The position numbers and the translations under genes were made by a program. This document shows, in pieces, positions 12,971-26,301 of a stretch of DNA of 64,000 bases. This DNA is from Pavona decussata (Eukaryota): the NCBI GenBank assembly GCA_977016875.1, contig CDRNST010000067.1, positions 3,162,001-3,226,000 of the forward strand, written 5' to 3'. Under the pieces are notes generated by a model. It worked only from the letters and a program-made list of their open reading frames with translations, had not been told where the DNA came from and made no database searches. Each line of letters starts with the position of its first letter. Positions within the stretch are counted from its first letter, which is position 1.

Positions 12971-13818
12971 CTCACGAATGAGAAAGCTGAACTGCAGAAA
13001 GAATCCTTGAAACTGAAACATGAAATGGAAAATTACAGGTTTATTATCAACGATTTCAAAGACAAGCCCCAGGACATCTCCTTCTTTACAGGGTTTTCGG
13101 ATTTTCAAACTCTGATGCTCTGGTACTATATCATTCAAGAGCCAACAAAGAAACTCAGTTATGGACCTCAGGAGAGGCAAGTGTATAATGTCCAGTCAAC
13201 GACTAGGCAGAAAGGAAGGCCCTGAAAACTGTCACATTCTGACGAAATTGTTATGGTACTCATGAATCTTAGTCTTGGACTTTTTAACAGGGACTTGGCA
13301 CACAAATTTAATGTTTTTTGTCGCTGTGTTTCTACAATATTTCATACTCGGATTCGACTTTTGAGAGCGGACCTGGGCAGTTTCATTCGCTTGAAACAAA
13401 GAGAAGTGTTGCAACTTCATTTGCCTGCTTTGTTCAGGGAATTTTACCCAAACGCTGTTAATCACAGACTGCACAGAAATTGAAATGAAAAGACCCTCAG
13501 CCCTTGACAACCAGTCTGCCTGCTACTCCAGTTGCAAATCAAGAACAACAATGAAAAGTTTAGTTGGTATTGCACCCAGTATAGCTACAGGATTTGTCAG
13601 TCCACTTTTCCTAGGCAGTATTTCAGATAAAGAAATAACCTATAAAAGTGGTCTATTGAATCTACTTGTAGCAGGTGATGAAATCATGGCAGATAAGGGA
13701 TTCTTAATCCAAAATGAAGTTGCCTCAGTTGGTGCTTCTCTGACGATTCCTGTTTTTCCCACAGGTCGCAACCAGTTCACAAATGAGGAGGCTGACAAAG
13801 AAAAGGTTGCCAGTCTTA
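12971..13818 (+). pseudogene. ISL2EU-like (HTH + DDE_Tnp_4-type) transposase, frameshifted and truncated
   Basis: FFTGF, LMNLSLGLFNRDLAHKFNV, DCTEIEMKRPS...Q..YSSCKSRTTMKSLVGIAP, GSISDKEI..SGLL, IMADKGFLI. Confidence 0.8.
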
Positions 13819-14010
13819 AGGCTGGGCCAAACGAGAGTCGATAGTAAACGATAGTGGCTGATAGTTGCCATTAGTTGAAACTCTCGCTCTCGTTTGGCAC
13901 CTAACTATTGGCCACTCTCATCGAGTTCGAGCATGCTCAAATTTTTGTCAATAGTCGCCTATAATTTTGTCTCATTTGACATCCCCCTTGATAGTTGCCG
14001 ATAGTTTTAC
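13819..14010. mobile_element. MITE-like insertion truncating the transposase
   Basis: Abrupt switch after TAA to GGCTGGGCCAAACGAGAG, with repeated GATAGT units and an internal inverted CTCTCGTTTGGC. Confidence 0.45.
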
Positions 14011-14834
14011 GGTCAGCAGATGCTGTTTTTATTCCAGCAGGCTCAGACGTGACAACGCAAATTTAACAAGGCAGACGACATAGCGGACATGGAGCCGTAC
14101 AACAGGGAGGCCATTTCAAAGGCAAAGATGGAGATGGAGGTAAACTCAATTTACTCTTTTAGCTTGATTACAGTGCTTTTATAAGCAAACGTTCACAGAC
14201 AGATATCAGTATTGCTATTAACGTGTCCAGAAGGCCAAGGAACCATTGCAAGATGATGGAAATTAAACTATTCTTTTTTCATAGTGTATATGTTGTAGTT
14301 CAATTTTTTCCCTTGGTAAAATTTTTTCTGAACTGGTACAGAATATATTGAACCGAAACAAAATTGCTTAAACCAGTGCCATTTATCTAACATTCTAAAA
14401 AGGGATTTAATTTGGGGTGTGGTAAAAAAAAGGGGCATGGCATTCTTTGGAGGGATAATTATTGCAAAAAAAATATATATATATATAAATTTAAAAAAAA
14501 GATATAAAACAGCAACCTGCACTCATCCCATAACCCTTTCTTCCTGTTCTACCAGTATCACTTATCTCAGTTCAAATTACTATCAACGGTCTTACATCAT
14601 CGTACATTACTTCTTTTTTTTTTAGCTGTACCTACTAGGATTCACACCACATACTCCTCTATTTCATTGACTTACCAATCCGTCATCTTATCCACTGAGC
14701 CACCGCTGATTTCGTTGGAAAGTAACACATAAATTGCATTAAAATTCTTGCTGTAGTTCCTAGGCTCCTGTCGTTGCACATAATTATGCGCACATGCGTA
14801 GAACTTACCAATTCAGACTTGTTGAAAAACAATC

Positions 14835-16959
14835 ATGGAGTGTGTCAAAAAAAGCATTCTACAAACAATTGGGGACTTATAAACAGAGTCAGAAATGCAA
14901 TACTTCACAAATAACTCTCTTCATTGAAGACGAATTTTAGGACTCGGCCAAAGAGTTCCTAAAAAGCAAAGCTGAGACCGCTGTCTGTGACTCTAATGCA
15001 AATCACGATACGTCAAAATTGACAGTGGCAAGCAACAACACTCAAAAGGAGGAAATGGTCATACCATCAGGGGAAAATCTTAACCACCCAGCAAAAGGTA
15101 GTTGTACCCAAGAGTCAACTATACGATCTTCTTACTTTAGCGCATCAAAGGACAGCACGTAGAGGCAGACAAATAACGATTAAGAATTATTCTGAACTGA
15201 ATGTTCGAGTTGTGAACCTACTTGTAAGTTTGTGTCAAATTTATCAAGAGCAGAAGACCATTACAAGCCACGTTAAGATGGTCACCATGCCACTCCAATC
15301 TCCAGAATTCCTGTCGCTGATTGAAATCAATCTGATAGACTTTCAAAATACCCCCTGTGACTGCAAGAACACGCATACTTGGGCAATGAACATAATTGAC
15401 CACCATACGAAGTTTGTGACGGTCGTGCCCTTACAACAAAAAACAGCTGATGAAGTATTAAAGAACCTGAGAGAGTACTGTTACACCTACGGATTTCCAA
15501 AGAAAATAATCACAGACAATGGCAGAGAGTTCCAAAACAGGAAGTTAAAGATGTTTGGCAAGGATAATGGCATCGAGTCATCACATGGCCCACATCAGAC
15601 ACCGACAACCCAGGGACTAACTGAGAGAAGCAACCTATCTTGGAATCAAGACATGAGGTCACTGATAGTGAGCACAGGAGACAAAAACATCAACAAATGG
15701 TGCCAGTACACGAGGGAGGCCTCATACACTAGAAACATCTCATACCACAGAGCCATCAAAGTCTCCCCTTATGAAGCCGTCTACGGAATAAAACCTCACA
15801 GGGAAAAGCTAAATGAACAAAGCAATGGAAGCCATTCAGAACAACAAGAAGAAAACAGTTTTGAAGAGAGCAATGAAAAAAGGTCACAACTACAAGATGA
15901 TGAAGAGCCACCAAGAAAACGACAAAAAATAATAGAAAACCAAAGAAAATACAATGCAGCCATGGGAAACTGTCCCCATGGCATTGAAAAAAAACAAAAA
16001 CATTTAACAGGTTTAAGAAACTATATAAGGCCCACCTGATGTCTTGTCAATCAAATAATATATGCTCTGTTTAATGATCAAATATAATAGTATGTAACTA
16101 TCTAATAATAATAATAGAGTTAAAAATAGTAATAATAATAATAATAATTGTCTGCTTATATTTTGATCTTTGTTGTCGCTGATGTTGCTGCTGTTGTTGC
16201 TGCTGATGATGNNNNNNNNNNNNNNNNNNNNNNNNNNNNNNNNNNNNNNNNNNNNNNNNNNNNNNNNNNNNNNNNNNNNNNNNNNNNNNNNNNNNNNNNN
16301 NNNNNNNNNNNNNNNNNNNNNNNNNNNNNNNNNNNNNNNNNNNAGCTTGTCCTGTTTAGATTTCTTACTCGTTTCAGTATATCTCTAACATACCTTAATT
16401 TACACAAATGTAATTCTCTCTTGTACATTAATCCTAGGCTCTACAAACATTTCCTACATTTTTTAATATCTCAATAAAGCTCAGTGTCATTTCTTTGTTT
16501 ACTTAAAAGTAGGTGGTGGTCAACTAGAAAGCCTTTACTACTTTGACCACCACACACATTTTATAATTTGTACTGAATTTATTTTTATCTTGTAATCATC
16601 TGTTTTAATACTTTTCTTTCTATGTTAATGTTGTGTAAATAGTGTGAAATAAATGAACCATGAATCAAACAAAGAGAAAGCAAGAGAAAAAACAGCCCAA
16701 GTTCAAAGTAGGTGATATGGTGGCAGTGAAAATTGGAAAAGTCAACAAAACAAGCCCGCTGCACCCAAACATGTTACTGGGAAAAATAACATCAATTGAA
16801 GAAAGTGGTTTTCTGCAAATAGTCACCCAGTATGGGAAAATAAACACTCTGATTTCTCCTTCACGGTTATATTCCTGTAAAGCTACTAATGTGCAGTTAA
16901 ACTATTCAACCGAAATATTGTTCACAGCAGCCTGTAAAAAACCAAGTGGGTTTTCATAG
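14835..16959 (+). pseudogene. Ginger/KRBA2-SCAND3-like rve integrase, interrupted at about 15964-16662
   Basis: IDF...IIDHHTKFV..PLQQKTADEV...GFPKKIITDNGREF...PTTQGLTERSN...SPYEAVYG. Reading resumes after the insertion as NQTKRK..KFKVGDMV; CCATG is present on both sides of the insertion. Confidence 0.75.
16212..16343. other. Assembly gap
   Basis: Run of N, preceded by (TAA)n and (GCT/GTT)n microsatellites. Confidence 1.
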
Positions 16960-18455
16960 AAATAGCACAATAGATAATTTAATACTTATTCTTTCCCTCA
17001 AACAAACAGATCATGATTATGAACAAAAAGACAACAACCTGACAACATTATAAAGAATTGTAAATTTATTTCAAAATGATTTCTTAACTAATTTACAGTA
17101 AATCATGAACTAATCACCACAAATAATGCCAATGGAGAAACAGTACAAGAGAATAAAGCAATTTCATCTGCACAGAAGTCCTGCATGAGCAGCCTTTAAC
17201 AAAAACAAACAAAAACAAAGGAGAAAAGTGCCAATGTGTTTTAAATTGAAGCTTGCTGGCAATCAGCTGTCACACTAACCTAACCCAAATTATTATCCCA
17301 TGGGTGGATCTGCCTACCTCAAAACCTGAGATTTTGGGTTGGCTTAAAAAATTGCAAAAATTAAATATTTCAACGTATAATTCACCATAACTGTAGATTT
17401 TTGGCATTTCTTTCACGTGATATGTGTTGTTTTTCAAAGTTATAGCAAAAAATGTGACTTTTTTCTCTTCAAACAAATCAAAGTAGGCACGTCAACAACA
17501 AAATTCTAATTGATGAAAAAAAAACCTTTTCGGAAGCTTTTTTCGGTTTTAGCTATTGGAAATCGAAACCTCAAACTGCACACAATACCTTGGCTTAACC
17601 TCGCAAAAAAAACACTTTCCAATTTTCACATTTTTCGCGTGTAAGTGCCTGTCGAGTAGGATACATGAAAGCAAGAATCGAGGATTCACCTTTTTTTTTT
17701 GAGACATGAGAAGTTTGAAAATTCATAAAAAATTTAATTTTAAAAGGTTTGCGCTCAAAAAATTTTGAAAAATCAATAGATTATTAGGCTGTCTTTCTAC
17801 AAAGTTTCATTGAAATTAAATGAAACTGGGTCTATTTATGGCTGTTTCTTGTAAAGAAGCACCTTTTTAGTTCAGGTAGACAGATCCACACAAAAAACAA
17901 AGTTACGTTTGAACCACTTAACCTTAATGTTTTTCCACAAGAGTTTAATATAATGTTTCGCTTGACAGTTTTAGCTTTCATACGAAATCTTTTTCCTTAA
18001 CCGTAAATATGTTTGGAGTTTTCAGCCTTATAGTGTTGAAAATGTAGGCAAATCCACAAAAATTGCTGTCAAACTTTAATATGTCACCAGTTTGCAAGAA
18101 CTCAAGATAATGTTCTGATTTTTTGATAAAAAGTGTATCTTTAGTTGTTCCATATATTTACAAAACTTCATCGTGAGATACGGACACATTATTGAGATAT
18201 TGAGGTTTCATTAAAGCAATGTCGTTTTTAGGCTAGCGTCACCAAAAAAACGTTTACTTGGTTTTTAGCTTAAAATAACTGGCGCAAACGTCTTTATTAA
18301 CTGTTGAATTTCTAACACAGCAAATAATATTACCTAGAAAATGTATTTACAAGGTTACAAGATCACAGCATTAATTTCTGCTTAGTAATAGTGCTTTTAA
18401 GGGCATCATGTTTTCGTGCATGGTACATGAAGTAGTTTACATAAGACCTCTTACT

Positions 18456-18853
18456 TTTCACTTCAGGTAGGCAAATCCACCCAACTTTGGCAAAATGGTT
18501 TTGCCGCTTTAATTGTGTTCTCTTAATCTAAAATCCTAGGTTAAGATATTTCTTAACGTTTTATAATTAACTTATAGTTTTATGGCTTAACCTTGCACAG
18601 TTTTTTATTTATTTGTTATTAATGTAAAAAAAGTAGGCAAATCCACAAAAATGGATTTTCACTTCAGGTAGGCAAATCCACCCAACTTTGGCAAATCGTT
18701 TTTGTCGCTTTAACTGTGTTCTTTTAATCTAAAATCCTAGGTTAAGATATTTCTTAACGTTTTTTAATTAACTGTATAGTTTTATGGCTTAACCTTGCAT
18801 AGTTTTTTTATTTTTTTTATTTATGTAAAAAAAGTAGGCAAATCCACAAAAAT
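18456..18853. repeat. About 200-bp tandem duplication in the unit 1 left arm
   Basis: TTTTCACTTCAGGTAGGCAAATCCACCCAACTTTGGC...AAGTAGGCAAATCCACAAAAATG occurs twice. Confidence 0.9.
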
Positions 18854-20148
18854 GTCTCGTCAGTCTTTAAAATGATGCTACCGTACACAAATTAAATATA
18901 CAGAACTGTAATTTTAGCACATGTTGTAGTTTACATAGCGCCATTATTCCTCAAAATTTTAGCGATTTTGGCATTCTAGTTTTTCAGATATTTACACTTA
19001 AACATGGCTATGTCAATTTTCTCTTTGTTGAATTTTAGGGTTAAAATATTACACTTTCGATACTTTCTGAGGAGTTTATATTCTAACACCATAAATTATA
19101 TTATATAAATAATACGCATACAAATTTTTACGGTCATACGACCTATTTTAAAAAAAATCAACTTTAATTAGTATAAGGTTTTCGGGCAGCTTACATGAAG
19201 TACTGTTTCAAGGCATCTTCATTGGTGAGTAGACGTTTCTTTTTTGCTCTACATTTTGTTTTATTTTACACCCTTAAAACACTGTGTAGAAGCAATTCAA
19301 CTATCCAGCGAGTTATATAAGGTGTTCGTGATCACGGCAGAAGTGTTTTTTACGTTTCTTATCAAATTGCTTGTGCACAGTGGATGTAATAAGTGCTAAG
19401 GGTGCTCAATGTTAATATTAGTTTCATTTTAGAGGTGTTTTTACCCAACTTAATACTGTTTTCTGCCTGATCTATTAAAATGGCACTGCAAGGAAACAAA
19501 TGCATCAAGTTTTGGGAAAAATGATTAAAATATGGCTTAGTTATGACGTCATTTTAGTTCAAATTTCAATCGCGAATAACGTTGCATTCACGCCATACTA
19601 AGAAGAAGAGTTTGTACTAAAAGATACTGCTTTATACCCTTGTTGTGTGTGCCATTTTTCATGCAAATCGATTTAAAGCCCGCAACCTTATTAACGATTG
19701 AAGTTTTTTCCAAGATGGCGGACACAAAAGTGCAAATAGCGTGAAAACGAGGTTACCACTTTTAGTCGCAATAACTTTTTATGGTTTTTATATAACAAGC
19801 TGAAACTTGGGGATATAGTTCGGATGCCTTATATCTATCTGCACACAAACCGGGATTGATTATATATAAAAAATTGAGGCTATATTTACTGTATTCCTTT
19901 ACTGCAGCTTAGCAGCCAATAAGTTTGCAAAGATATTACTGTGAGTGATAAGGTTTCTTGGTTTATAGACTGCTTTACGTGCAAAGTTGCCATGAGCAAT
20001 CTCCTGCGATTTTAAGTTATCGTTGCAAATTTATTGGCTGGTAATCATTAAGTACAAACTTTGCATAATTATAACAAACCCCGGTTTTGACGCCATACAT
20101 GAGGACTTGGCATAAACAAATGACAATGTTTCCGTTGGTTAGATCAAA

Positions 20149-23100
20149 ATGGAATCACTTGAAGCACTAAAGGAACAATTGTGAAAAGTAATAGCTGTAG
20201 AAATTCCCCCTTCTGATGCTGGTGTTGACAGTGAAGAAGTAGGGTTCATCGCCATGCCCGAGCTTAGCTTAAGATCCTTAAAGGCTGAACACTATTGGTT
20301 AAGTCTTCTTGCCGCTGGTGCTAAGAGTGTGGGATTAGGCACACTGGAACAGACTGCAAAAATCTCTCTTGACTACATCGCAGTGTTAGCGAGGAAATTC
20401 TTCAACCATAGCCTCACACCAATGCTTGTAAGTGGAGAAGATGTGGCAAAGACCACTCTGGCATTAACCACTGAGGTTGAACATTCAACAACACTAGGAC
20501 ATCGAGCTAGTAAAGTCAGTGAGATAGTGGTTATTCAAGATGAGAAGGACAGGAAAAAAGATGCTAACTTACCCGGACGAAGTGGACAGGCAGAAGATGA
20601 GGTCGATAGGTGTGAAGAATGTGTTGATGCGGAAGCGGTAGAGGTGATCAGTAAAAAGAAACTGAACGATTATGGTGAAGAGCAGAGGGAGGTGCCTTTT
20701 GAACATGAAGATGAAGAGGAAGGGCTGAGTGCAAGTCAGGTGGTGGTGAAGGTGAAGAATACCAAACAAAAGGGAAGTCAGCCTAACCCTAATAACAGCA
20801 AAGAGAAGCAAAAGAAGAAGAAAGAGACCAAGGGTAGTGAGGAAAAGAGAATTCACTTTGCCAGAAATGAGTGCCCTCTTTGTAAGAAGAAGGTCTTCAA
20901 CTTAACACGTCATCTGATCCTTGTACATGTCCATAAAAACGAATGCATACCTATGGCGAGAGTTAAACCATTGAAGGAGATGGCAGTACATGGAAATAAA
21001 ACATAAGGTGCAAAAGAAGTACGAGAACGGAAGAGTGGGGTTAAGAAAGTCTATCGACGTCATAAAGAGATTTGTCCAAAATGCGATACAGTGGTCCTCT
21101 ACCTTTCAAGGCACATCAGGAAGAAACACCAAATAGATAAAAACAGTGACGAGTACAAGACATTAATTGCAATGTCCAGACGATACTACGGGAGGGCGGC
21201 TGAGATGCTGTGGGATCAGGAACTGATGAATAAGAAAAGGAAAAGGCAATCATCCCAGGCCTTCACCAGTGAACCCAAGCGACAAAAATATGACTCACCA
21301 TCCGAGGAAGAGAGCAAGAGTGAAAGCGACAAAAGAAAGCTAAGTCCATTGGAGCTTGTAGCTCTTGAAGACATGCCCTCTGACACGTCAGATGAGTCAT
21401 ACTTTGACACCACCGTCAATGAAATTCCAGGAATGCCCCAAAAGACAGAAAGTGCCCTAAATGTGAGAGGAAGTCGCCAGGGAACAGACAGTCAGTCAGA
21501 AGATGTGCCAAGTAACGAACAGGAAGAAGTTGCAGATGATGAAGATGAAGGGTAGGATAGTGAAGAGGAGATTAGTCAGAGTGAAGACAGTGATGACGAT
21601 ACTGATGGAAGTGATGACGAGTTCGACTGTGAAAGCGAAGATGAAAGTGCTAATTTTGAAACGTACTATAGGGACGCCAAGGGCAGCGAGATGATCGACA
21701 GGCTCCTTATCCAATACTATCACCACCTGCAAAACATCCTTGGGGGCTGCAAAAAGGAACGCGATGCAATATGGCACGCACAAAATGTTCGAAGAGTTAA
21801 GAATGCCATTAATTCCAAGGATTCTACATTGAACTGCCTAATTGTCGATGGCGGACTCAACATCTGGAGACAATGGGCCAAGCCGATCCTTGACAATAAG
21901 AAGGCTAAACCTGGCACCATAAGAGCATCACTTACCTCTATTGTTAAGTTCTTTAAATTTGTAGTGGATTACACTGAACACGGAGTGAAAGGCATGCCCC
22001 AGATTGACCAACAGACCATCGACCAGATAAAGAAGGTAATTCCCCGCTGTTTGGCAATGGGATCCTCAGTGAACCAACTTTATGCCCATGAAAAATGGGA
22101 ACAGTTGTTGGAGGACCAGTTGAAGGCAGTGGACCCCAAAGACACCTACGAAATGGTGGACACCGAACCAGCAAAGCAGGCCATTACCTTTTTGATGAAA
22201 TCCCGAACAGAGAATCCCACCATGAAAGAGTTCCTTACCATCAGAGATTTCCTTATTGCGAGACTTGGCCTCGACAATGGACAACGACCAGGTCCACTCG
22301 AAACAGCACGTATTCGTGATTTTGAAAGGATCACCCAGACTGATGACAAGTATATAATGTATGTTAGTCGACACAAAAACAGCAAGGCTGGACCGGCACC
22401 ATTAACAATGAGCAGCAATTTGAAGTCCAACCTAGAAGTATACTTGAATCATGTGAGACCCTTTGTAGCTAATGACGATGAGCAAGCCATATTCACCACT
22501 GATAAAGGGGTTGCATTCGCACCAGGAACCATAGGCAAATGAGTGACTGACTGGTGGAGAAAGGCCACTGGCAAGGCCAATGTCACGAGTACCAGGCTGC
22601 GAAAGATGCATGCCTTACAGCTGCATAAGGTTGATCCTACATCAAAGATGAGCGCACACAGGCTAATGTGTCATTCTAGCAGAACGGCAGAGAAACATTA
22701 CATGATCCATAACCTTAGCGACATGGCAGCTCATGGCCACACAGTACTGACAGCGAACATAAAGCTGAAAGGCAGCATGAGAACAGAGACCACAGAGATA
22801 CAGTCACCCAACAAACGTCTTCTCAGCCAGAAGCAACTGGATGATATTGATCTCTTATTTTCCCAAATCATCAGAACCAACGCTCCCTTGACGCTCAACG
22901 AAACACGAAACATCATTAGTGACAGCTTAAATTTTGTTGAGCACGTTGAAGATGACAACATGGTTCACAAAGTCTATAAGCGTGTGAAGTACCTTCAGGG
23001 AAAACCCAACCCACAAGCCTTGCAGTCCCTGGAGGTACAGGATAGTGTAACAAAAACATCCACCTGGGTAGCGAGCACCTCGTTTAGTGCGTCCTCCAGC

Positions 23101-23298
23101 AGCAAGAGGATGCCATGGGCAAAGGAGGATGAGGAAACCATTGTCAAAGCCTTCAAAGATTTCCAGAAGTGTCCCAGTAAAGCAACCATCACTGAAATCT
23201 TCAAAAGTGATCCAGACCGTCAGGAGCTGGAGGCTCGCAACACCATGAGTAGGTGTTATGAGAAAGTAAAGAATCTCTTCAAGAGGAAGACGACATGA
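20149..23298 (+). pseudogene. Intronless 1050-codon zinc-finger + acidic linker + tyrosine recombinase + C-terminal helical (Myb/SANT-like) gene with four in-frame stops
   Basis: ORFs starting at 20254, 21091, 21691 and 22543 share one frame; stops at 20182, 21004, 21553 and 22540. C2H2 fingers CPLC..LTRHLILVH and CPKC..LSRHIRKKH. Catalytic motifs NGQRPG, RHKNSKAGPA, STRLRK, LMCHSSRTAEKHY. Confidence 0.85.
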
Positions 23299-24219
23299 GT
23301 GGTAAATGGAAAATGGAACATGGTTGACGTTATGCTCTGCTTGTTAAACTGTAGTGTTTTTTAAGAAAAAAGAAAAAAAAAGGAATTGATGGAATGTCTT
23401 GGTCAGGGAATAAGTTGACTTCGATGTTTTGTTGTTGCGTTGTTGGGAAAAAGAAAATTGGCTGACTGCGTTCTGCTGCGTAAAAAATATCTTTATCATG
23501 TTAGTTGTGTTGTTTGTTACAATTAGTTGTGTTGGTTACTCGATGATTACTGTGGTCAGACACCTGTTGTTATTCGTCTGGGATAAAACATGAGCTGGGG
23601 TAACCAACCACTGGGGAGTGCCCCACGAAAAGCACAGGGGTCTTCACCGTCACAACATTCAAGCCTCTTTAAAGCTTAACAACTAAATGAGGAAAAAAGT
23701 GTTGACATTTATCCTGGCAACAATGAGTCAAGTTGGTTACTTGATGATACCCTCTAAATGGCTTTTACAGCATAAAGCCTTAGAGTAATACCCTCACAAA
23801 AATCAGTGAGGGGGGGACCAGGAAACCAAACAATAAATGATCATGATAGTTGTGATCTCATCTTTGCATTCTTACTGGTACTGTTTCTGTTTCTTTTTGC
23901 TAATCTGCAATCTTCACAAAATAAAAAACAACTGCAAAAAAATACTACCCACTAAACATAGCTTTATAGTAACTGCGACACAGTCAAAAACCAATAAAAA
24001 CCGTTAAAAATACAGCCTGGAAAAGTCAAATCAAAATCCAAGATGGCGGCCAAATCCAATATGGCGCCCAAATATTAAAAAAATTATAACTCGTAAAATA
24101 ATTTTTTTTAGTACATACAATCATGCTTGCTTCAAAGAATATTAACCAATCAACACTTCAAATACTATTAGAATAAATACCCTTCGTTATATTATAAAAA
24201 TATGACTTTTAAAAAAAAT

Positions 24220-24366
24220 GTAGGCATATCCACAACACAAAAATTTGGATAAGTAGGCAAATCCACAACAAGTAGGCACGTCCACAAAAAAGTAGGCAAG
24301 TCCACCCAGGAAGTAGGCATATCCACGAAAAGTAGGCAAGTCCACCCAGAAAGTAGGCACGTCCAC
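24220..24366. repeat. Seven copies of 14-bp GTAGGCANNTCCAC, mostly at 19-21 bp spacing (unit 1 right end)
   Basis: Copies at 24220, 24253, 24272, 24292, 24313, 24332, 24353. Confidence 0.9.
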
Positions 24367-25644
24367 GATGAAGATAACCCCTAATTAGGTTCCTCGTCAA
24401 CATTTCCCCTACGCATTACCCTGGGATTTCGTGAATGTTAAAAAAAATAGAAAAACATGTTCCTTTTATCTGAAATTTTGCTGTTTGGTAGATTTTTGGC
24501 TCTTCTATCGATTAAGGGGAGTGAACCCAGTTAGTTCCATAGCATTTTTCCTTTTTCTCGTTCAAAGTTGATTTCCTAGGGAAATCAACAAAAATTTTGT
24601 AATCGGCCAAAAATAAAGCTTTTGAAGAAAGTTTTTTGGAATCGGCCTTCAGATATCGAACCCCAACATCGCAAAGAAACACTCGGCTTACCCTTGTAAA
24701 AAAAAAAACACTTTTTTTAATTTTCAAATTTTTCAGGTGTACTTGCATATCGACCATGGGATTTGAAGCTCAAAGTTGAGGATTCACCTCTTTTTTTATT
24801 AACCTACAAGTAAAAAAATTCATATCAAATCTAATTTTAGAGGGTTTGGTGTACAAAAATTCATCAAAATCAATTAACGTCTGAGGCATGTTTCTGCCAA
24901 GTTTCAATGAAATTGAGCTACACAAAACGATTTTATGGCTGTTTCAGTGAAAAAGTGTACTTCCGTGTTTGCGTAGGAATATCAACTTAACCTTCCGAGA
25001 TAGATTTTTTTAATTTCTTTTTAGATTCTTTGGTCGAGGCCATAATGTATCATAGAGCTTGTCATCTATTTTCTACACACTTATTTTCTACTGTTACCCT
25101 GTAATATTTTACATCTTTTTTTTTTAAATAGTAAAAAAAGGGTAGGAAAATCAACAAAAAGTAACGTTTTTGTATTAGAGCCCATAAATTGCAGCAAATT
25201 AAGTCTATGTGCTTATCCTTTTAACACAAGATATAATTTACATAGCTACAAACGTTGTGTAAAGAAGAGTTGCCGTACTCGCGGCCATTGTAAGATATGG
25301 CCGTTTGAATGTAGCATTGTTGAATGTCAGTCAAAAAGGTGTCTTAATTTTTTTAATTGAGTATTTCTAGCCCATAATAATAGGTGGAAGCCTGAAATTT
25401 TACCAAACAAGACAACAAACATATAGCAATGATCGTGCCAAAACTCAAGGTCATGGCTTTTATTTAGGCTGAGATATCAATATTCTAAGCGTACAAACAT
25501 TTCGTGACGCTTACTTGAAGTTCATTCTACGAGGGATCTTCAGTGGTGAGTACATGTGTTGTTTTGCTCTTCATTTTTATGGTATTTTAATCCTTAAAAA
25601 GCTATTTACAGGAAACTTAACTCTCCAGAGAGTGACATAAGGGA

Positions 25645-26301
25645 TTGGTGGCCTTGAGGAAAGCCATTTTCACAACACTTGAAGTCTTTTCTCTATCATT
25701 GTCAAGAGACAAGAGACACTTTTATACCACACAGAAGAAAACATCATCAGCACATACACCATCACCACCACCTGCACCATCACCTGGACCATCACCACAA
25801 TCTAAACCATCAACTGGACCATTACCACAACCTGGACCATCTTCATCACATAGACCATCAGCATCACCTGGACCATCACCACCACCTAAACCATCTACTG
25901 GACCATCACCACAACCTGGACCATCAGCATCACTTGCACCATCAGCATCACCTGGACCATCACCACCACCTAAACCATCAACTGGACCATCACCACAACC
26001 TGGACCATCCGCATCACATGGACCATCAGCATCACCTGGACCATCACCACCACCTAAACCATCAACTGGACCATCACCACAACCTGGACCATCAGCATCA
26101 CCCACCAACCCCAGCACAATAGTTATACCATGGGGTGGACAGACAATACTTCATGGCAGAATTGTCACTCTGAAGAACACTTGTGCAATTGATAACTTTC
26201 CAATGATATTTCATCTATTGTTTAATGTATATTCAAAAACACTGAAAAGCTTAAGGACATTGCTGACAGAAACACCCTTAGGAGATGCTATGAAAAAGTA
26301 A
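25645..26301 (+). CDS. Cargo ORF fragment: Pro/Ser-rich 28-aa repeat x4 followed by a possible cysteine-peptidase Cys-box
   Basis: SPGPSPPPKPSTGPSPQPGPSASxxPSA repeats (84-bp period), then PWGG...LKNTCAIDNF; no ATG start, so probably a fragment. Confidence 0.4.
   Translation: MVALRKAIFTTLEVFSLSLSRDKRHFYTTQKKTSSAHTPSPPPAPSPGPSPQSKPSTGPLPQPGPSSSHRPSASPGPSPPPKPSTGPSPQPGPSASLAPSASPGPSPPPKPSTGPSPQPGPSASHGPSASPGPSPPPKPSTGPSPQPGPSASPTNPSTIVIPWGGQTILHGRIVTLKNTCAIDNFPMIFHLLFNVYSKTLKSLRTLLTETPLGDAMKK

Larger units (their letters stand above)
17275..24375 (+). mobile_element. Array unit 1: about 7.1-kb tyrosine-recombinase element with long AT-rich left arm
   Basis: Starts CTAACCTAACCCAAATT, then GTGGATCTGCCTAC (17304-17317). 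Ends with 7 copies of GTAGGCANNTCCAC (24220-24366), then AAGATAACCCCTAA. Contains the recombinase gene. Confidence 0.75.

Noticed and set aside
16148-16477. ORFs spanning the N run (also 31575-31802)
   Set aside because: Artefacts of assembly gaps.
23531-23760. Hammerhead ribozyme (TGATGA and GACGAA-like words)
   Set aside because: No complete CUGANGA...GAAA core with three stems on either strand.
24220-24366. CRISPR-like appearance of regularly spaced repeats
   Set aside because: The repeats are 14 bp with mostly 5-7 bp A-rich gaps, there are no unique spacers or cas genes, and the context is eukaryotic. They are better explained as terminal binding sites.
25679-26122. His-rich (plus strand) and Gly/Asp-rich (minus strand) ORFs
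   Set aside because: These are alternative frames of the CCATCA-based repeat; only the Pro/Ser frame continues into non-repetitive, protein-like sequence.
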